Shown piece after piece: positions 1-9,101 of a DNA stretch of 64,000 nt. The notes under the pieces were generated by a model. The model was not told the origin of the DNA and searched no databases. It saw only the letters and a list, made by a program, of their open reading frames with translations. The stretch lies in NCBI GenBank assembly GCA_937903605.1, contig CALCZC010000025.1, positions 67,275 through 131,274 of the forward strand. The letters run 5' to 3'. The stretch comes from an uncultured bacterium. Its GTDB lineage: Bacteria > Patescibacteriota > Patescibacteriia > Magasanikbacterales > GWA2-37-8. The position numbers and the translations under genes were made by a program. Each line of letters starts with the position of its first letter. Within the stretch, counting starts at the first letter, position 1.

Positions 1-1507
1 AAAGTTACAAGACAAACGTTTTGTGAGACTAAAAACCTCGGCATTGCTTTCCGGTACCACGCCAGCCGGAGCGGTAGAAAGACTCAATAATATCTTTTAT
101 GAAATTGCCAGGGCAGGAAATATTATTTTATGTATTCACAATATCCATGAATTGTTCGGAGTCAGCTCAGGGGGTGGTAGTAGTTTGGATGTAGCCGGAG
201 CCTTGGCAGAAAATTTATCCAAAGGTAGATTTTTAACTGTAGCTACTACTAGTCCAGAGGAATTTGCCAGGACTTTTAGCGGTACGACCTTGGGAAATAT
301 CTTTACCAAGATAGATGTGCCGGAGATGAACGAAGACCAAGCGATTCAAGTTATTGAAGCCAAAGTTGGTTATATTGAACATAAACATTCGGTTTTCTTT
401 TCCTATGATGCGATAGAAAAAGCGGTTAAATATAGTCATCGCTTTTTACATGAAACACTTTTACCCGGAAGTGCTTTGGAAGTGGTAGTAGAAGCAGCCG
501 CCTATACCAAAAATCACAAAGGGATAAATTCTTTGGTAACCGGAGAGGAGATATCCAAAGTAATAGCGGATAAGACCGGTATTCCGGTATCCTCGGTTAC
601 TGTCCAAGAAAGCGCTAAATTATTGAATTTAGAGCAAGAAATGCATAAACGCGTTATCGGACAAGATGAAGCCGTGCAGGCGATAGCCTTTGCTCTTCGA
701 CGAGCTCGAGCGGAAATAAGATCGCAAAATAGACCGATTGCTGCCTTCTTGTTTTTGGGCAGTACAGGGGTGGGGAAAACCGAATTGGCCAAAACCATAG
801 CCGAAATTTATTTTGGCGGAGAGAAAAAAATGATTCGTTTGGATATGAGTGAATATCAAGACGCACAAAGCATTTCAAGACTTATCGGCGCGCCCGGTCA
901 AAAAGGTACGGGTGTATTAACTGAAAATGTTCGTCGTAACCCTTTTTCATTGGTTCTGCTTGATGAAATAGAAAAAGCTGATAAAGATATTTTAAATTTA
1001 TTCTTACAAGTTTTAGACGATGGTCGTTTGACCGACAGTGTAGGTAAGGTGGTAGATTTCACCAACACCATAATCATTACTACCAGTAATGCCGGAACTT
1101 CTTTTATTATTCAAGCGCAAAAAGAAGGTGTTTCTTCCGAAGTGGTAAAAGAAAAACTATTACACGGAGAGTTAAAACAATATTTTCGACCGGAATTTTT
1201 GAATCGTTTTGACGGCATTGTATTGTTCAAAGAACTACAAAGAGAAGATTTGAAAAAAATTGCGGGTTTGATGTTAATGCGAGTAGTCAGAGACTTAGAA
1301 GTCAAAGGTATTGAAATGGTTTTTGACGATGAAGCTCAAGAATTTTTGGCTGATGTAGGTTTTGATCCGGAGTTTGGCGCCAGACCGATGCGACGAGCGG
1401 TCCAGGAAAAAGTAGAAAATAAATTGGCTGATTTATTATTAAGCGGTCAAATAAAAAAAGGGAGTAAGATAAAATTAGGTCAAGGAGGAGAAATAACTTC
1501 TTTATAA
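1..1507 (+). CDS. clpC: ClpC/ClpA-type AAA+ chaperone ATPase, 5'-truncated at window edge (D2 domain, sensor and C-terminal region present)
   Basis: The frame is open from nt 2. A D2 Walker A (LGSTGVGKTELAK), Walker B (LVLLDEIEKA) and the ClpA/B-type motif GAPGQKG are present. The typical C-terminal small domain is present. Confidence 0.8.
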   Translation, partial: KLQDKRFVRLKTSALLSGTTPAGAVERLNNIFYEIARAGNIILCIHNIHELFGVSSGGGSSLDVAGALAENLSKGRFLTVATTSPEEFARTFSGTTLGNIFTKIDVPEMNEDQAIQVIEAKVGYIEHKHSVFFSYDAIEKAVKYSHRFLHETLLPGSALEVVVEAAAYTKNHKGINSLVTGEEISKVIADKTGIPVSSVTVQESAKLLNLEQEMHKRVIGQDEAVQAIAFALRRARAEIRSQNRPIAAFLFLGSTGVGKTELAKTIAEIYFGGEKKMIRLDMSEYQDAQSISRLIGAPGQKGTGVLTENVRRNPFSLVLLDEIEKADKDILNLFLQVLDDGRLTDSVGKVVDFTNTIIITTSNAGTSFIIQAQKEGVSSEVVKEKLLHGELKQYFRPEFLNRFDGIVLFKELQREDLKKIAGLMLMRVVRDLEVKGIEMVFDDEAQEFLADVGFDPEFGARPMRRAVQEKVENKLADLLLSGQIKKGSKIKLGQGGEITSL

Positions 1508-1513
1508 TTTTTT

Positions 1514-1867
1514 ATGTTTGTTTTGTTAAAATCGCATTTCAAGGATTATTTTATTTTTGTGAGCCTTTTGGTTTCCATTATTTTTTTTGGTTTATCAAGT
1601 TGGTATATTTTTGGTCAAATAAATTGGGGTTTAGAACGTATTTTTTTGCATTATAATATTATTTTTGGTGTGGACAGGATAGGTGAGCCCGGGGATCTGT
1701 GGTATTTTTTTGCCGGCACAATCGGTGTTTTATTATTTAATTATTTATTATCTTTGTTTTTATATACAAAAGATAAGATTATTTCCCGAATTATCATGGT
1801 TTTCGGTGGTGTCTGGCAAATTTTTATGTTTATTGCGATTTCTTTGATTGTTTCTTTGAATAGTTGA
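1514..1867 (+). CDS. small hydrophobic membrane protein, hypothetical
   Basis: 117-aa ORF with three or four predicted TM segments. It sits 6 nt after clpC. No recognisable motif. Confidence 0.4.
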   Translation: MFVLLKSHFKDYFIFVSLLVSIIFFGLSSWYIFGQINWGLERIFLHYNIIFGVDRIGEPGDLWYFFAGTIGVLLFNYLLSLFLYTKDKIISRIIMVFGGVWQIFMFIAISLIVSLNS

Positions 1868-1868
1868 T

Positions 1869-2975
1869 ATGCAAAACGGAGAACTTTCAAAAAAAAGTAT
1901 TGATTGGAATTATCTTATATATATCTTTATTTTGTTAGCTTTTGGTTTGGCAATGCTAGCTTCAGCTTCCGCACCGCTTGGTTATATCAAATTTAACGAT
2001 TCCTATTTTTATCTCAAGCGCCAAATGCTTTTTGGGGTTTTACCGGGCTTGGCGCTTTTTTTTGTCGCTTTGAAAATGAAAAATGAATGGTTTCGTTTTT
2101 TGGCTTGGCCGGCTTATTTTTTGGGTTTACTTTTAGTTTGTTTGACATTTATTCCCGGGATAGCATTGGTCTTGAACAATTCTAGCAGTTGGATACAGAT
2201 TTGGGGTTTTTCTTTTCAGCCGGGTGAATTCATGAAATTGGGACTAGTTTTATTATTAGCGGCCATGCTTTCCGATCCGCATAGAGATGTTCGGGATTGG
2301 CAAAACGGTTTATTGCCGGTTTTGGTTTTTATTGGTATTCCGTTGGGTTTGATTTTAGCTCAACCGGATTTGGGGATGATGTTAATTTTGGGGGTTATTG
2401 CTTTCTGTATGCTTTTTGCCGCGCGTTTGCCGTGGAGTTATTTGATAATTTTGGGGTTGCTCGGAATAGTAGTTTTTTCCGGAATGGTCATGATAAAACC
2501 TTATCGCATGGAAAGATTGACTGTTTTTATGCATCCTGAACTTGATCCTCAGGGAGTTGGTTATCATGTCAATCAGGCTTATTTGGCTGTTGGATCCGGT
2601 GGTTTTTGGGGATTGGGTTTTGGTCATTCACGACAAAAGTACCAGTATTTACCTGAAGTCAACGCCGACTCTATCTATGCGGTTATTGCCGAGGAAATGG
2701 GATTCTTGATTGCCGCGGGCTTGATTTTACTTATTGGACTTATTGCTTTACGCGGTTTGAAAATAGCACGAAGCTGTGAAGATGAATTTGCCAGATATGT
2801 CGTGGTAGGGGTTTCGGCCTGGTTTTTTTGTCAGTCAATTATCAATATTGGCGCGATGGTCGGGGTTTTGCCGCTTACGGGAGTACCTCTACCATTTGTT
2901 TCTCATGGTGGTTCGGCGATGTTGATTTCTTTGATAGCAGTAGGAATGGTTTTGAATTTCAGTAAAAATGACTAA
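1869..2975 (+). CDS. SEDS family peptidoglycan glycosyltransferase (FtsW/RodA)
   Basis: About 10 TM segments. The conserved C-terminal motif ...PLTGVPLPFVSHGGSAML... is typical of FtsW/RodA/SpoVE. Confidence 0.85.
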   Translation: MQNGELSKKSIDWNYLIYIFILLAFGLAMLASASAPLGYIKFNDSYFYLKRQMLFGVLPGLALFFVALKMKNEWFRFLAWPAYFLGLLLVCLTFIPGIALVLNNSSSWIQIWGFSFQPGEFMKLGLVLLLAAMLSDPHRDVRDWQNGLLPVLVFIGIPLGLILAQPDLGMMLILGVIAFCMLFAARLPWSYLIILGLLGIVVFSGMVMIKPYRMERLTVFMHPELDPQGVGYHVNQAYLAVGSGGFWGLGFGHSRQKYQYLPEVNADSIYAVIAEEMGFLIAAGLILLIGLIALRGLKIARSCEDEFARYVVVGVSAWFFCQSIINIGAMVGVLPLTGVPLPFVSHGGSAMLISLIAVGMVLNFSKND

Positions 2976-3040
2976 ACAAGAGGTTTGACAAGAGTTGTAA
3001 TTATTGGAATAATTAAGCAAATAATTAAAATTAAAAAAAT

Positions 3041-4096
3041 ATGAAATTACTTGTTTGTGGGGGCGCAGGCTTTATCGGATCCAATTTTATCCGTTATATG
3101 CTCAATAAATATCCGGATTACAAAATAGTCAATTATGACAAATTGACCTATGCCGGTAATTTGGAAAATCTAAAAGACATAGAAAATAATCCCAATTATA
3201 CTTTTGTTCAAGGTGATATTGTGGATTTGGAAAATTTGGATAAAGTTGTTAAAGAATATAGTATAACTCATGTAATAAATTTTGCGGCGGAAACCCATGT
3301 GGACAGATCTATTCATGGCGGCTGTAAGGACTTTGTCTTGACTAATACTTTGGGGGTACAAATGATTTTGGATGCTGTTCGCAATAATAAACTGGAAAAA
3401 TTCGTTAATGTTTCCACAGATGAAGTTTATGGATCTTTGGAGCTGGATGAACCAAGTCGTTTTACCGAAAGTACTCCTATAGAACCAAATATGCCATATG
3501 CAGCGGCCAAAGCCGGTGGAGATCTGATGTGTCGGGCTTATTTTGCCACACATAAAGTTCCGGTTGTAGTTACTCATTGTTCCAACAATTACGGACCATA
3601 CCAATTTCCGGAAAAATTGATTCCATTTTTTATTTTTAAACTTTTTAAAGGTGAAAAGGTTCCGGTTTATGGCGATGGGCTGAATGTGCGCGATTGGATT
3701 CATGTGGTTGATCATGCGCGAGCTTTGGATTTATTACTACACAAAGGTGTTCCCGGCGAGGTTTATAATATTGGTGTGGATAATGAAAGAAATAATTTGG
3801 AAATTACCAAAATGATTTTGAAATTGATGAATTTGGGTGAAGACAGGATAGAATATATTACCGATAGACCAGGGCACGATCGTCGTTATGCCATTGATGC
3901 GAGTAAAATAACCGCCCTTGGCTGGTCTCCGGAATATAACAAAGAAAAATTTGAACAAGGCCTTCAAGAAACCATACAGTGGTATTTGAACAACCAGCCC
4001 TGGGTGGAAAATCTTTATCAAAAAAAGAAAGATGAAATGAATAAATTTCAAAATGATTTACAAAGATCACAAGAAAAAATGAAATCTTCGACATAA
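3041..4096 (+). CDS. rfbB: dTDP-glucose 4,6-dehydratase
   Basis: N-terminal GGAGFIGSN Rossmann motif, a YxxxK active-site region, and 'YDKLTYAGNLENL' typical of RmlB. Confidence 0.9.
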   Translation: MKLLVCGGAGFIGSNFIRYMLNKYPDYKIVNYDKLTYAGNLENLKDIENNPNYTFVQGDIVDLENLDKVVKEYSITHVINFAAETHVDRSIHGGCKDFVLTNTLGVQMILDAVRNNKLEKFVNVSTDEVYGSLELDEPSRFTESTPIEPNMPYAAAKAGGDLMCRAYFATHKVPVVVTHCSNNYGPYQFPEKLIPFFIFKLFKGEKVPVYGDGLNVRDWIHVVDHARALDLLLHKGVPGEVYNIGVDNERNNLEITKMILKLMNLGEDRIEYITDRPGHDRRYAIDASKITALGWSPEYNKEKFEQGLQETIQWYLNNQPWVENLYQKKKDEMNKFQNDLQRSQEKMKSST

Positions 4097-4105
4097 TTTA
4101 TTCGT

Positions 4106-4522
4106 ATGCAAAAATTTCAACAATTTTCCCTGAAAAAAATAGAAGTTCCCGGTAAATTTGTTATGAGTCCGGTGGAACTCAAAGATTATATCGATTTTGA
4201 AGTGAAAAGAATTTATTATATAACAAAAGTGGAGGCCCCGACCGGCGCGCATTGTCATAAAGTGGAAGAAGAATTGTTTATTTTGCTTTCCGGCACTTGC
4301 ACGGCCGTGATAGACAAAGGAAACGGCTTGGAAGAAATTTCGATGACCGGACCGACTGATGCACTCTATGTTCCAGGTTATGTTTGGCATCATTTCAAAG
4401 ATTTTTCTCCGGACGCCATACTTTTGGCCGTTTCTTCCACCAATTACAATCCGGATAGAAGCGATTATATAGAAAACTACGAAGAATATTTGAAAGTAAG
4501 AGATGAAAAATTGAAAGTTTAA
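4106..4522 (+). CDS. cupin-fold dTDP-sugar isomerase/epimerase (FdtA/WxcM-like 3,4-ketoisomerase or short RmlC-like)
   Basis: 138-aa cupin with His-rich metal/active-site-like motifs (GAHCHK…, WHHF). It sits between rfbB and rfbD. It is shorter than a canonical RmlC. Confidence 0.5.
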   Translation: MQKFQQFSLKKIEVPGKFVMSPVELKDYIDFEVKRIYYITKVEAPTGAHCHKVEEELFILLSGTCTAVIDKGNGLEEISMTGPTDALYVPGYVWHHFKDFSPDAILLAVSSTNYNPDRSDYIENYEEYLKVRDEKLKV

Positions 4523-4523
4523 T

Positions 4524-5378
4524 ATGAAAGTTTTAATCTTGGGTTACAAAGGAATGCTCGGACAATCTTTGACCGATGAATTTAAAAACAACGGCTATGA
4601 AGTCGTACTTTGGGATAAAGAAGATATAGATGTTGGCGATTTTGAATTGTTAAACCAAAAAATAAAAGAAGTACAGCCTAATATTTTGATAAACGCCACG
4701 GCCGTGAATGCCGTGGATAAGATAGAAGAAGACCCAAATGTTTTTGAATTGGCTTGGAAAATTAATGGAGAAGCAATAGGGGAATTGGCCAAAATTTGTA
4801 AAGAACAAAATATTTTGTTGGTTCATTATTCGTCCGATTATGTTTTTTATGGTGATAAAAAAGAAGGTTACGATGAAAACAGTGAAACCAACCCCGTGGA
4901 CAAATACGGGCAAACCAAAGCTAGGGGAGAAAAATTATTGCAAGAAAAAGGGGATAAATATTATTTAATTCGTTTATCCAAACTGTTTGGCAAACCGGCA
5001 ATAAGTGAAGGAGCGAAAAAAAGTTTTGTAGATACTATGATCTGGTTGGCAAATGAAGGTGGTAAAACACACCTTGATCTGGTGGATGAGGAAATCAGTT
5101 CTCCGACTTACGCGCCGGATTTGGCAATATTTACCAGGAATTTGTTGGAAGAAAATAAACCCTTTGGAATTTACCATGGCGCCAATAGCGGAGTTTGTAG
5201 TTGGTATGAATTGGGGAAAGCGACGTTTGAATTGAAAAATATCAAAATAGATATTTCACCGGTGAGCGGGGATAAATTCCAGAGACCCGCAAAAAGACCG
5301 GTTTACTCGGAACTCAAAAATACGAAAATGCCGTTACAGAGAAGTTGGCAAGAAGCGCTCAAAGAGTATTTAAAATAA
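4524..5378 (+). CDS. rfbD: dTDP-4-dehydrorhamnose reductase
   Basis: N-terminal MKVLILGYKGMLG Rossmann fold, RmlD-like length and context. Its start overlaps the stop of the upstream gene. Confidence 0.8.
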   Translation: MKVLILGYKGMLGQSLTDEFKNNGYEVVLWDKEDIDVGDFELLNQKIKEVQPNILINATAVNAVDKIEEDPNVFELAWKINGEAIGELAKICKEQNILLVHYSSDYVFYGDKKEGYDENSETNPVDKYGQTKARGEKLLQEKGDKYYLIRLSKLFGKPAISEGAKKSFVDTMIWLANEGGKTHLDLVDEEISSPTYAPDLAIFTRNLLEENKPFGIYHGANSGVCSWYELGKATFELKNIKIDISPVSGDKFQRPAKRPVYSELKNTKMPLQRSWQEALKEYLK

Positions 5379-5383
5379 ATTAA

Positions 5384-5412
5384 CAAAAAACAGCCCAAAC
5401 AGGCTGTTTTTT
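5384..5412 (+). terminator. rho-independent terminator after rfbD
   Basis: Stem AACAGCC / loop CAAAC / GGCTGTT, followed by TTTTTTG. Confidence 0.7.
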
Positions 5413-5421
5413 GTTTTAATC

Positions 5422-5450
5422 TTGACAAAATAGCCAAAATGTGCTAATCT
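5422..5450 (+). promoter_or_regulatory. sigma70-like promoter (TTGACA – 17 nt – TGcTAATCT) for the high-GC ORF
   Basis: cTTGACAaaatagccaaaatgTGcTAATCT. It is near-identical to the promoter at 47179-47207. Confidence 0.6.
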
Positions 5451-5502
5451 AATTCCGTGTTCTTTGTTAGTTTCATAAACTTTTTTTGGAAGAGGTAAAA
5501 AC

Positions 5503-5961
5503 ATGACCAAGTACAAGCAGTGGGATCTGTTGACCGATGACGAGAAGTACAACCTGTGTAATCTCGGCCCCGACGGCAAGAAACAGTTCTACGAGGTCAT
5601 CATGGGCCAGTACGGGCAGCCGCTCATCGTGGCCGAACCCGACAGGGCCTTCCCGTGTCCGGCGACGCTCGAGTATGTCAACGCCAAGGGCGAGCAGGCG
5701 GTGCCCAATGAGAAGATCGCCGGGATCATCTGCAGTGATGGTAAGCGTTTCTCGCTGACCAACGCCGCCAACAAAGGGATCAGGATCGAGCCCAAGGAAG
5801 ACGGTTCGATTCAGGTCGACAATGAGGTCTGGTGGATCAAGACGCTGTTCCAGAAGGACAAGAACCGCGTCATCAACTACGATGCGTACCTTGTCCCGAC
5901 CAAGCCGGAGCAGGTCAAGGTCATCGAATTGGCCGACCTCGTCAGCTTCCTCTGTTCCTAG
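5503..5961 (+). CDS. hypothetical protein with compositionally foreign coding sequence (~55–60% GC, GC3-rich codons)
   Basis: 152-aa ORF with an RBS-like GGAAGAGG upstream. Codon usage (AAG, CAG, CTG, GAC, GGC, CCC) is unlike all neighbours. It has its own promoter and terminator. No domain recognised. Confidence 0.65.
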   Translation: MTKYKQWDLLTDDEKYNLCNLGPDGKKQFYEVIMGQYGQPLIVAEPDRAFPCPATLEYVNAKGEQAVPNEKIAGIICSDGKRFSLTNAANKGIRIEPKEDGSIQVDNEVWWIKTLFQKDKNRVINYDAYLVPTKPEQVKVIELADLVSFLCS

Positions 5962-5974
5962 TTTCCACGGGTTT

Positions 5975-6003
5975 GCCGATTGTCCCTAACAATCGGTTTT
6001 TTG
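5975..6003 (+). terminator. rho-independent terminator after the high-GC ORF
   Basis: GCCGATTGT-CCCTAAC-AATCGG followed by TTTTTTG. Confidence 0.7.
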
Positions 6004-6060
6004 TTTACAAAACACGTTTTTGATGATAAAATCAGAATAACCTTTTTAACTAAAAATTTT

Positions 6061-7119
6061 ATGAAAATTTTAGATAATTTAGCCAAAATTAAGCAACTTG
6101 ATAGTAAAAACATGCTTGGTAGTATTGAATTGCTGGGGCAACAAATAAAGGAAGTAGAAAAAGCAGTTAAAACTATAAAGATTCCGAAAAATTATAAAAA
6201 GTTTGAAAATATTATCGTGTGTGGGATGGGTGGATCAGCCCTGGGTGCGCATCTGATAAAAAGCGTATATAAAAATGATTTGAAAACTCCTTTGTCTATT
6301 GTGAACGGTTATCATTTACCCGGGTTTGCGAATAAAAATACTTTGGTGATACTTAGTAGTTATTCGGGAAACACCGAAGAAGTAATATCTTGCGCCGTTG
6401 AAGCTAAAAAGAAAAAATGTAAAATTGCCGTGATTGCCTCAGGTGGTAAATTGGCGACTTTGAGTAAAAAAGAAAAATATCCGGCTTTGATTTTTACTAC
6501 AGAAAATAATCCGTGCGGATCACCGCGTATGGGGTTGGGTTATTCCATTGTCGGACAGATTTATTTATTTTCTAAATTAGGTCTATTAAAAGTTAAAACT
6601 GAGAAGCTGAAAAAAATTCCGGAGTTAATAGGGGAGTTAAATAAAAAATTCGGTGTTAAAGTAAAAAGTATTTTGAAAGATGTTGCCGAAAAAACAAAAG
6701 GTAAATCCGTGTGGTTTGTCGGAGCCGAACATCTCGGAGGTTCGGCGCATATTGCCGCCAATCAGATGAATGAAAACGCCAAACGTTTTGCCGGATATTT
6801 TCTCATCCCGGAACTGAATCACCATTTGATGGAAGGGATGATAAATCCCAAAAACAATAAAGATAATTTGTTGTTTGTATTTCTAGAATCGGATTTGTAT
6901 AGCGATAATTTCAAAAAACGTTTTGTCTTGACTAAAGAAATTTTGAAAATGAATAAGATAAATTTTGTTTCTATCAAAGCGAAAGAAAAATCCGCTTTGG
7001 AACAAACTGTGGAAATATTGATTATGAGCTCTTATTTGAGTTTTTATTCTGCGATGGTAGAGGGGATTGATCCAACTGCGATTCCTTTCGTTGATTTTTT
7101 TAAGAAAAAATTGGTTTAA
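6061..7119 (+). CDS. bifunctional phosphoglucose/phosphomannose isomerase (SIS-domain, archaeal-type PGI/PMI)
   Basis: SIS motif GMGGSALGAHL. Start placed at ATG 6061 (MKILDNLAKI…); the ORF-track start at 5980 would overlap the upstream terminator. Confidence 0.7.
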   Translation: MKILDNLAKIKQLDSKNMLGSIELLGQQIKEVEKAVKTIKIPKNYKKFENIIVCGMGGSALGAHLIKSVYKNDLKTPLSIVNGYHLPGFANKNTLVILSSYSGNTEEVISCAVEAKKKKCKIAVIASGGKLATLSKKEKYPALIFTTENNPCGSPRMGLGYSIVGQIYLFSKLGLLKVKTEKLKKIPELIGELNKKFGVKVKSILKDVAEKTKGKSVWFVGAEHLGGSAHIAANQMNENAKRFAGYFLIPELNHHLMEGMINPKNNKDNLLFVFLESDLYSDNFKKRFVLTKEILKMNKINFVSIKAKEKSALEQTVEILIMSSYLSFYSAMVEGIDPTAIPFVDFFKKKLV

Positions 7120-7173
7120 TTATTACCAAAACTTACTTGCTTACTAGCTTACTAGCTTATAAGCTAACAAAAT

Positions 7174-8052
7174 ATGAAATTGTCAGTAATCACTGTTACT
7201 TGGAAAAATGAATCATCTATTGGAAAGCAAATAGAAAGCGTACAAAAGGGTGCGACTGGTTTAGAATTGGAGCAGATTATCGTGGACAACGGTTCAACGG
7301 ATAGGACAATAGAAGTTGTCAAAAATTATCCGCAAATCAAACTTATTCAAAATAAAGAAAATCTCGGTTTTGGTGCGGCTAATAATCAAGGTTATAAAAT
7401 CGCCACCGGTGACTATATTTTATTTTTGAACCCTGATAATGAAGTGGAACCAGATTCTTTATTAAAACTTTGTAAAATGATGGAACAACGTCCAGAAATT
7501 GGTTTGCTGAGTTGTAAATTGACTACTCAAGAAGGGCTATTTAATGAAGGTGCCAAACCTAGGCGTTATCCTGGTTTGATTGATCAATTGGCCTTGTTGC
7601 TTAAAATTCCACATCTATTTCCGAAAGTTTTAGATAAATATTTAATGAAAGACTTTAATCCGGAAATAGAACAGGAGGTAGAAACGGTGAGGGGAGCTTT
7701 TATGTTGCTACGAAAATCAACCTTAGATAAACTGGGCTGGGGTTTTGATCCACGATATTTTATTTGGTTTGAAGATGTGGACCTGTGTAAAGAAGTACAA
7801 AAATTGGGGCTAAAAGTATTTTATACCCCAGAAGTTTCTTGTGTTGATTTGGTTGGACAAAGTTTTAAACAGCAAGATAATTTATGGAAGCAAAAGATTT
7901 TTACTGCTAGTATGGTACAATATTTTCAAAAGTGGGAACCATGGTATGTGTGGGTTTGGGTTGTATTTTTAAGGCCAGTAGCAATATTTTTAGTTTGGTT
8001 TAAAGTCTCTCTAAAGAGAAAAGAAAAAGAAAAAATTAAGCCATATTTATAA
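7174..8052 (+). CDS. glycosyltransferase family 2
   Basis: LSVITVTWKN…VDNGSTDRT and a DxD region. GT-A fold signature. Confidence 0.8.
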   Translation: MKLSVITVTWKNESSIGKQIESVQKGATGLELEQIIVDNGSTDRTIEVVKNYPQIKLIQNKENLGFGAANNQGYKIATGDYILFLNPDNEVEPDSLLKLCKMMEQRPEIGLLSCKLTTQEGLFNEGAKPRRYPGLIDQLALLLKIPHLFPKVLDKYLMKDFNPEIEQEVETVRGAFMLLRKSTLDKLGWGFDPRYFIWFEDVDLCKEVQKLGLKVFYTPEVSCVDLVGQSFKQQDNLWKQKIFTASMVQYFQKWEPWYVWVWVVFLRPVAIFLVWFKVSLKRKEKEKIKPYL

Positions 8053-8053
8053 T

Positions 8054-9097
8054 ATGCCAAAACTTTCTGTAAATTTAGTTGTCTGGAACGGGGCGAAATA
8101 TTTGCCTTATCTTTTTGATTCACTGCGTAAACAAAACTATCAAGATTGGGAATTGCAAATTTTAGATAATAATTCTACCGACAATACCATAGAAATTATT
8201 GAAAAAGAAATTATAAATTTTCCGGTCTCGGTAAGATTTTTCAAAGAAAAAGAAAATCATGGTTTTGCCAAAGGACATAATACATTATTTGCAGAAAGCG
8301 ACGATGAATATTTTTTACTTTTGAATCAAGATATGTATTTGGCGGAAGATTGTTTAGAAAAAATGGTAGATTTTTTGGATAAAAATCCGGCAGTTGCCGC
8401 AGTTTCACCTCGTTTGATGCGTTGGGATTTTGCCAAAATCAATGAAGGATTATTCGGGTCTTTTTCTTCACAAATAGACGCTTTGGGTTTGAAAGTTTTT
8501 CGTAATCGTCGCGTGATAGAACAGTATACCGGAAAAAATTGGGAAGAGATAAAAAATATTTTTGGATCAAAAGATAAAATGGAAGTTTTTGGCGTCTCCG
8601 GAGCTTTTCCGATGTATCGTCGTAGTGTCATAAAAAATGTTTTGTTTGATAACGGGCAGATGCTTGATGAAAGTTATCAATCTTACAAAGAAGATGTGGA
8701 TTTGGCTTATCGGTTGCAAGCCTCCGGGTACTCTTCCTTTATATTACTCGATACCATTGCTTATCATGATAGAGCCGGTGCCGGTCCTAAAGAAAGTGGA
8801 GATTTAGCGGCTTTAAAAAATAAGAAGAAACACAGTCCTTGGGTCAAATATTTTAGCTATAGAAATCATTTGGCGACTCTTTATAAAAACGAGCGCTGGC
8901 AAAACTTTTGGCTTGATTTTGTTTTTATTTTATGGTATGAATTGAAAAAGTTCGTTTATTTTTTGATTTTTGAACCGAAGATTTTAAAAGGTTGGGCCGA
9001 TTTGATGAAAGAAAGAAAAAATTTAAAAAGTAAAAGACAAGAAATTAAAAACAAACAAAAAATTTCTTGGAGGGATTTACGTAAATGGTGGAAATAA
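8054..9097 (+). CDS. glycosyltransferase family 2
   Basis: LSVNLVVWNG…LDNNSTDNT. Adjacent to and co-oriented with the other GT2 genes. Confidence 0.8.
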   Translation: MPKLSVNLVVWNGAKYLPYLFDSLRKQNYQDWELQILDNNSTDNTIEIIEKEIINFPVSVRFFKEKENHGFAKGHNTLFAESDDEYFLLLNQDMYLAEDCLEKMVDFLDKNPAVAAVSPRLMRWDFAKINEGLFGSFSSQIDALGLKVFRNRRVIEQYTGKNWEEIKNIFGSKDKMEVFGVSGAFPMYRRSVIKNVLFDNGQMLDESYQSYKEDVDLAYRLQASGYSSFILLDTIAYHDRAGAGPKESGDLAALKNKKKHSPWVKYFSYRNHLATLYKNERWQNFWLDFVFILWYELKKFVYFLIFEPKILKGWADLMKERKNLKSKRQEIKNKQKISWRDLRKWWK

Positions 9098-9101
9098 TTA
9101 T

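Noticed and set aside
5537-6023. Alternative-frame ORFs inside and around the high-GC gene (5537–5758 +, 5589–5795 −, 5832–6023 +)
   Set aside because: They have Arg/Ser/Pro-rich low-complexity translations, typical of spurious ORFs in GC-rich DNA. They overlap a better-supported CDS that has an RBS, a promoter and a terminator.
5980-6060. ORF-track N-terminal extension of PGI/PMI starting at 5980
   Set aside because: It would start inside the terminator hairpin of the upstream cassette. The ATG at 6061 is used instead.
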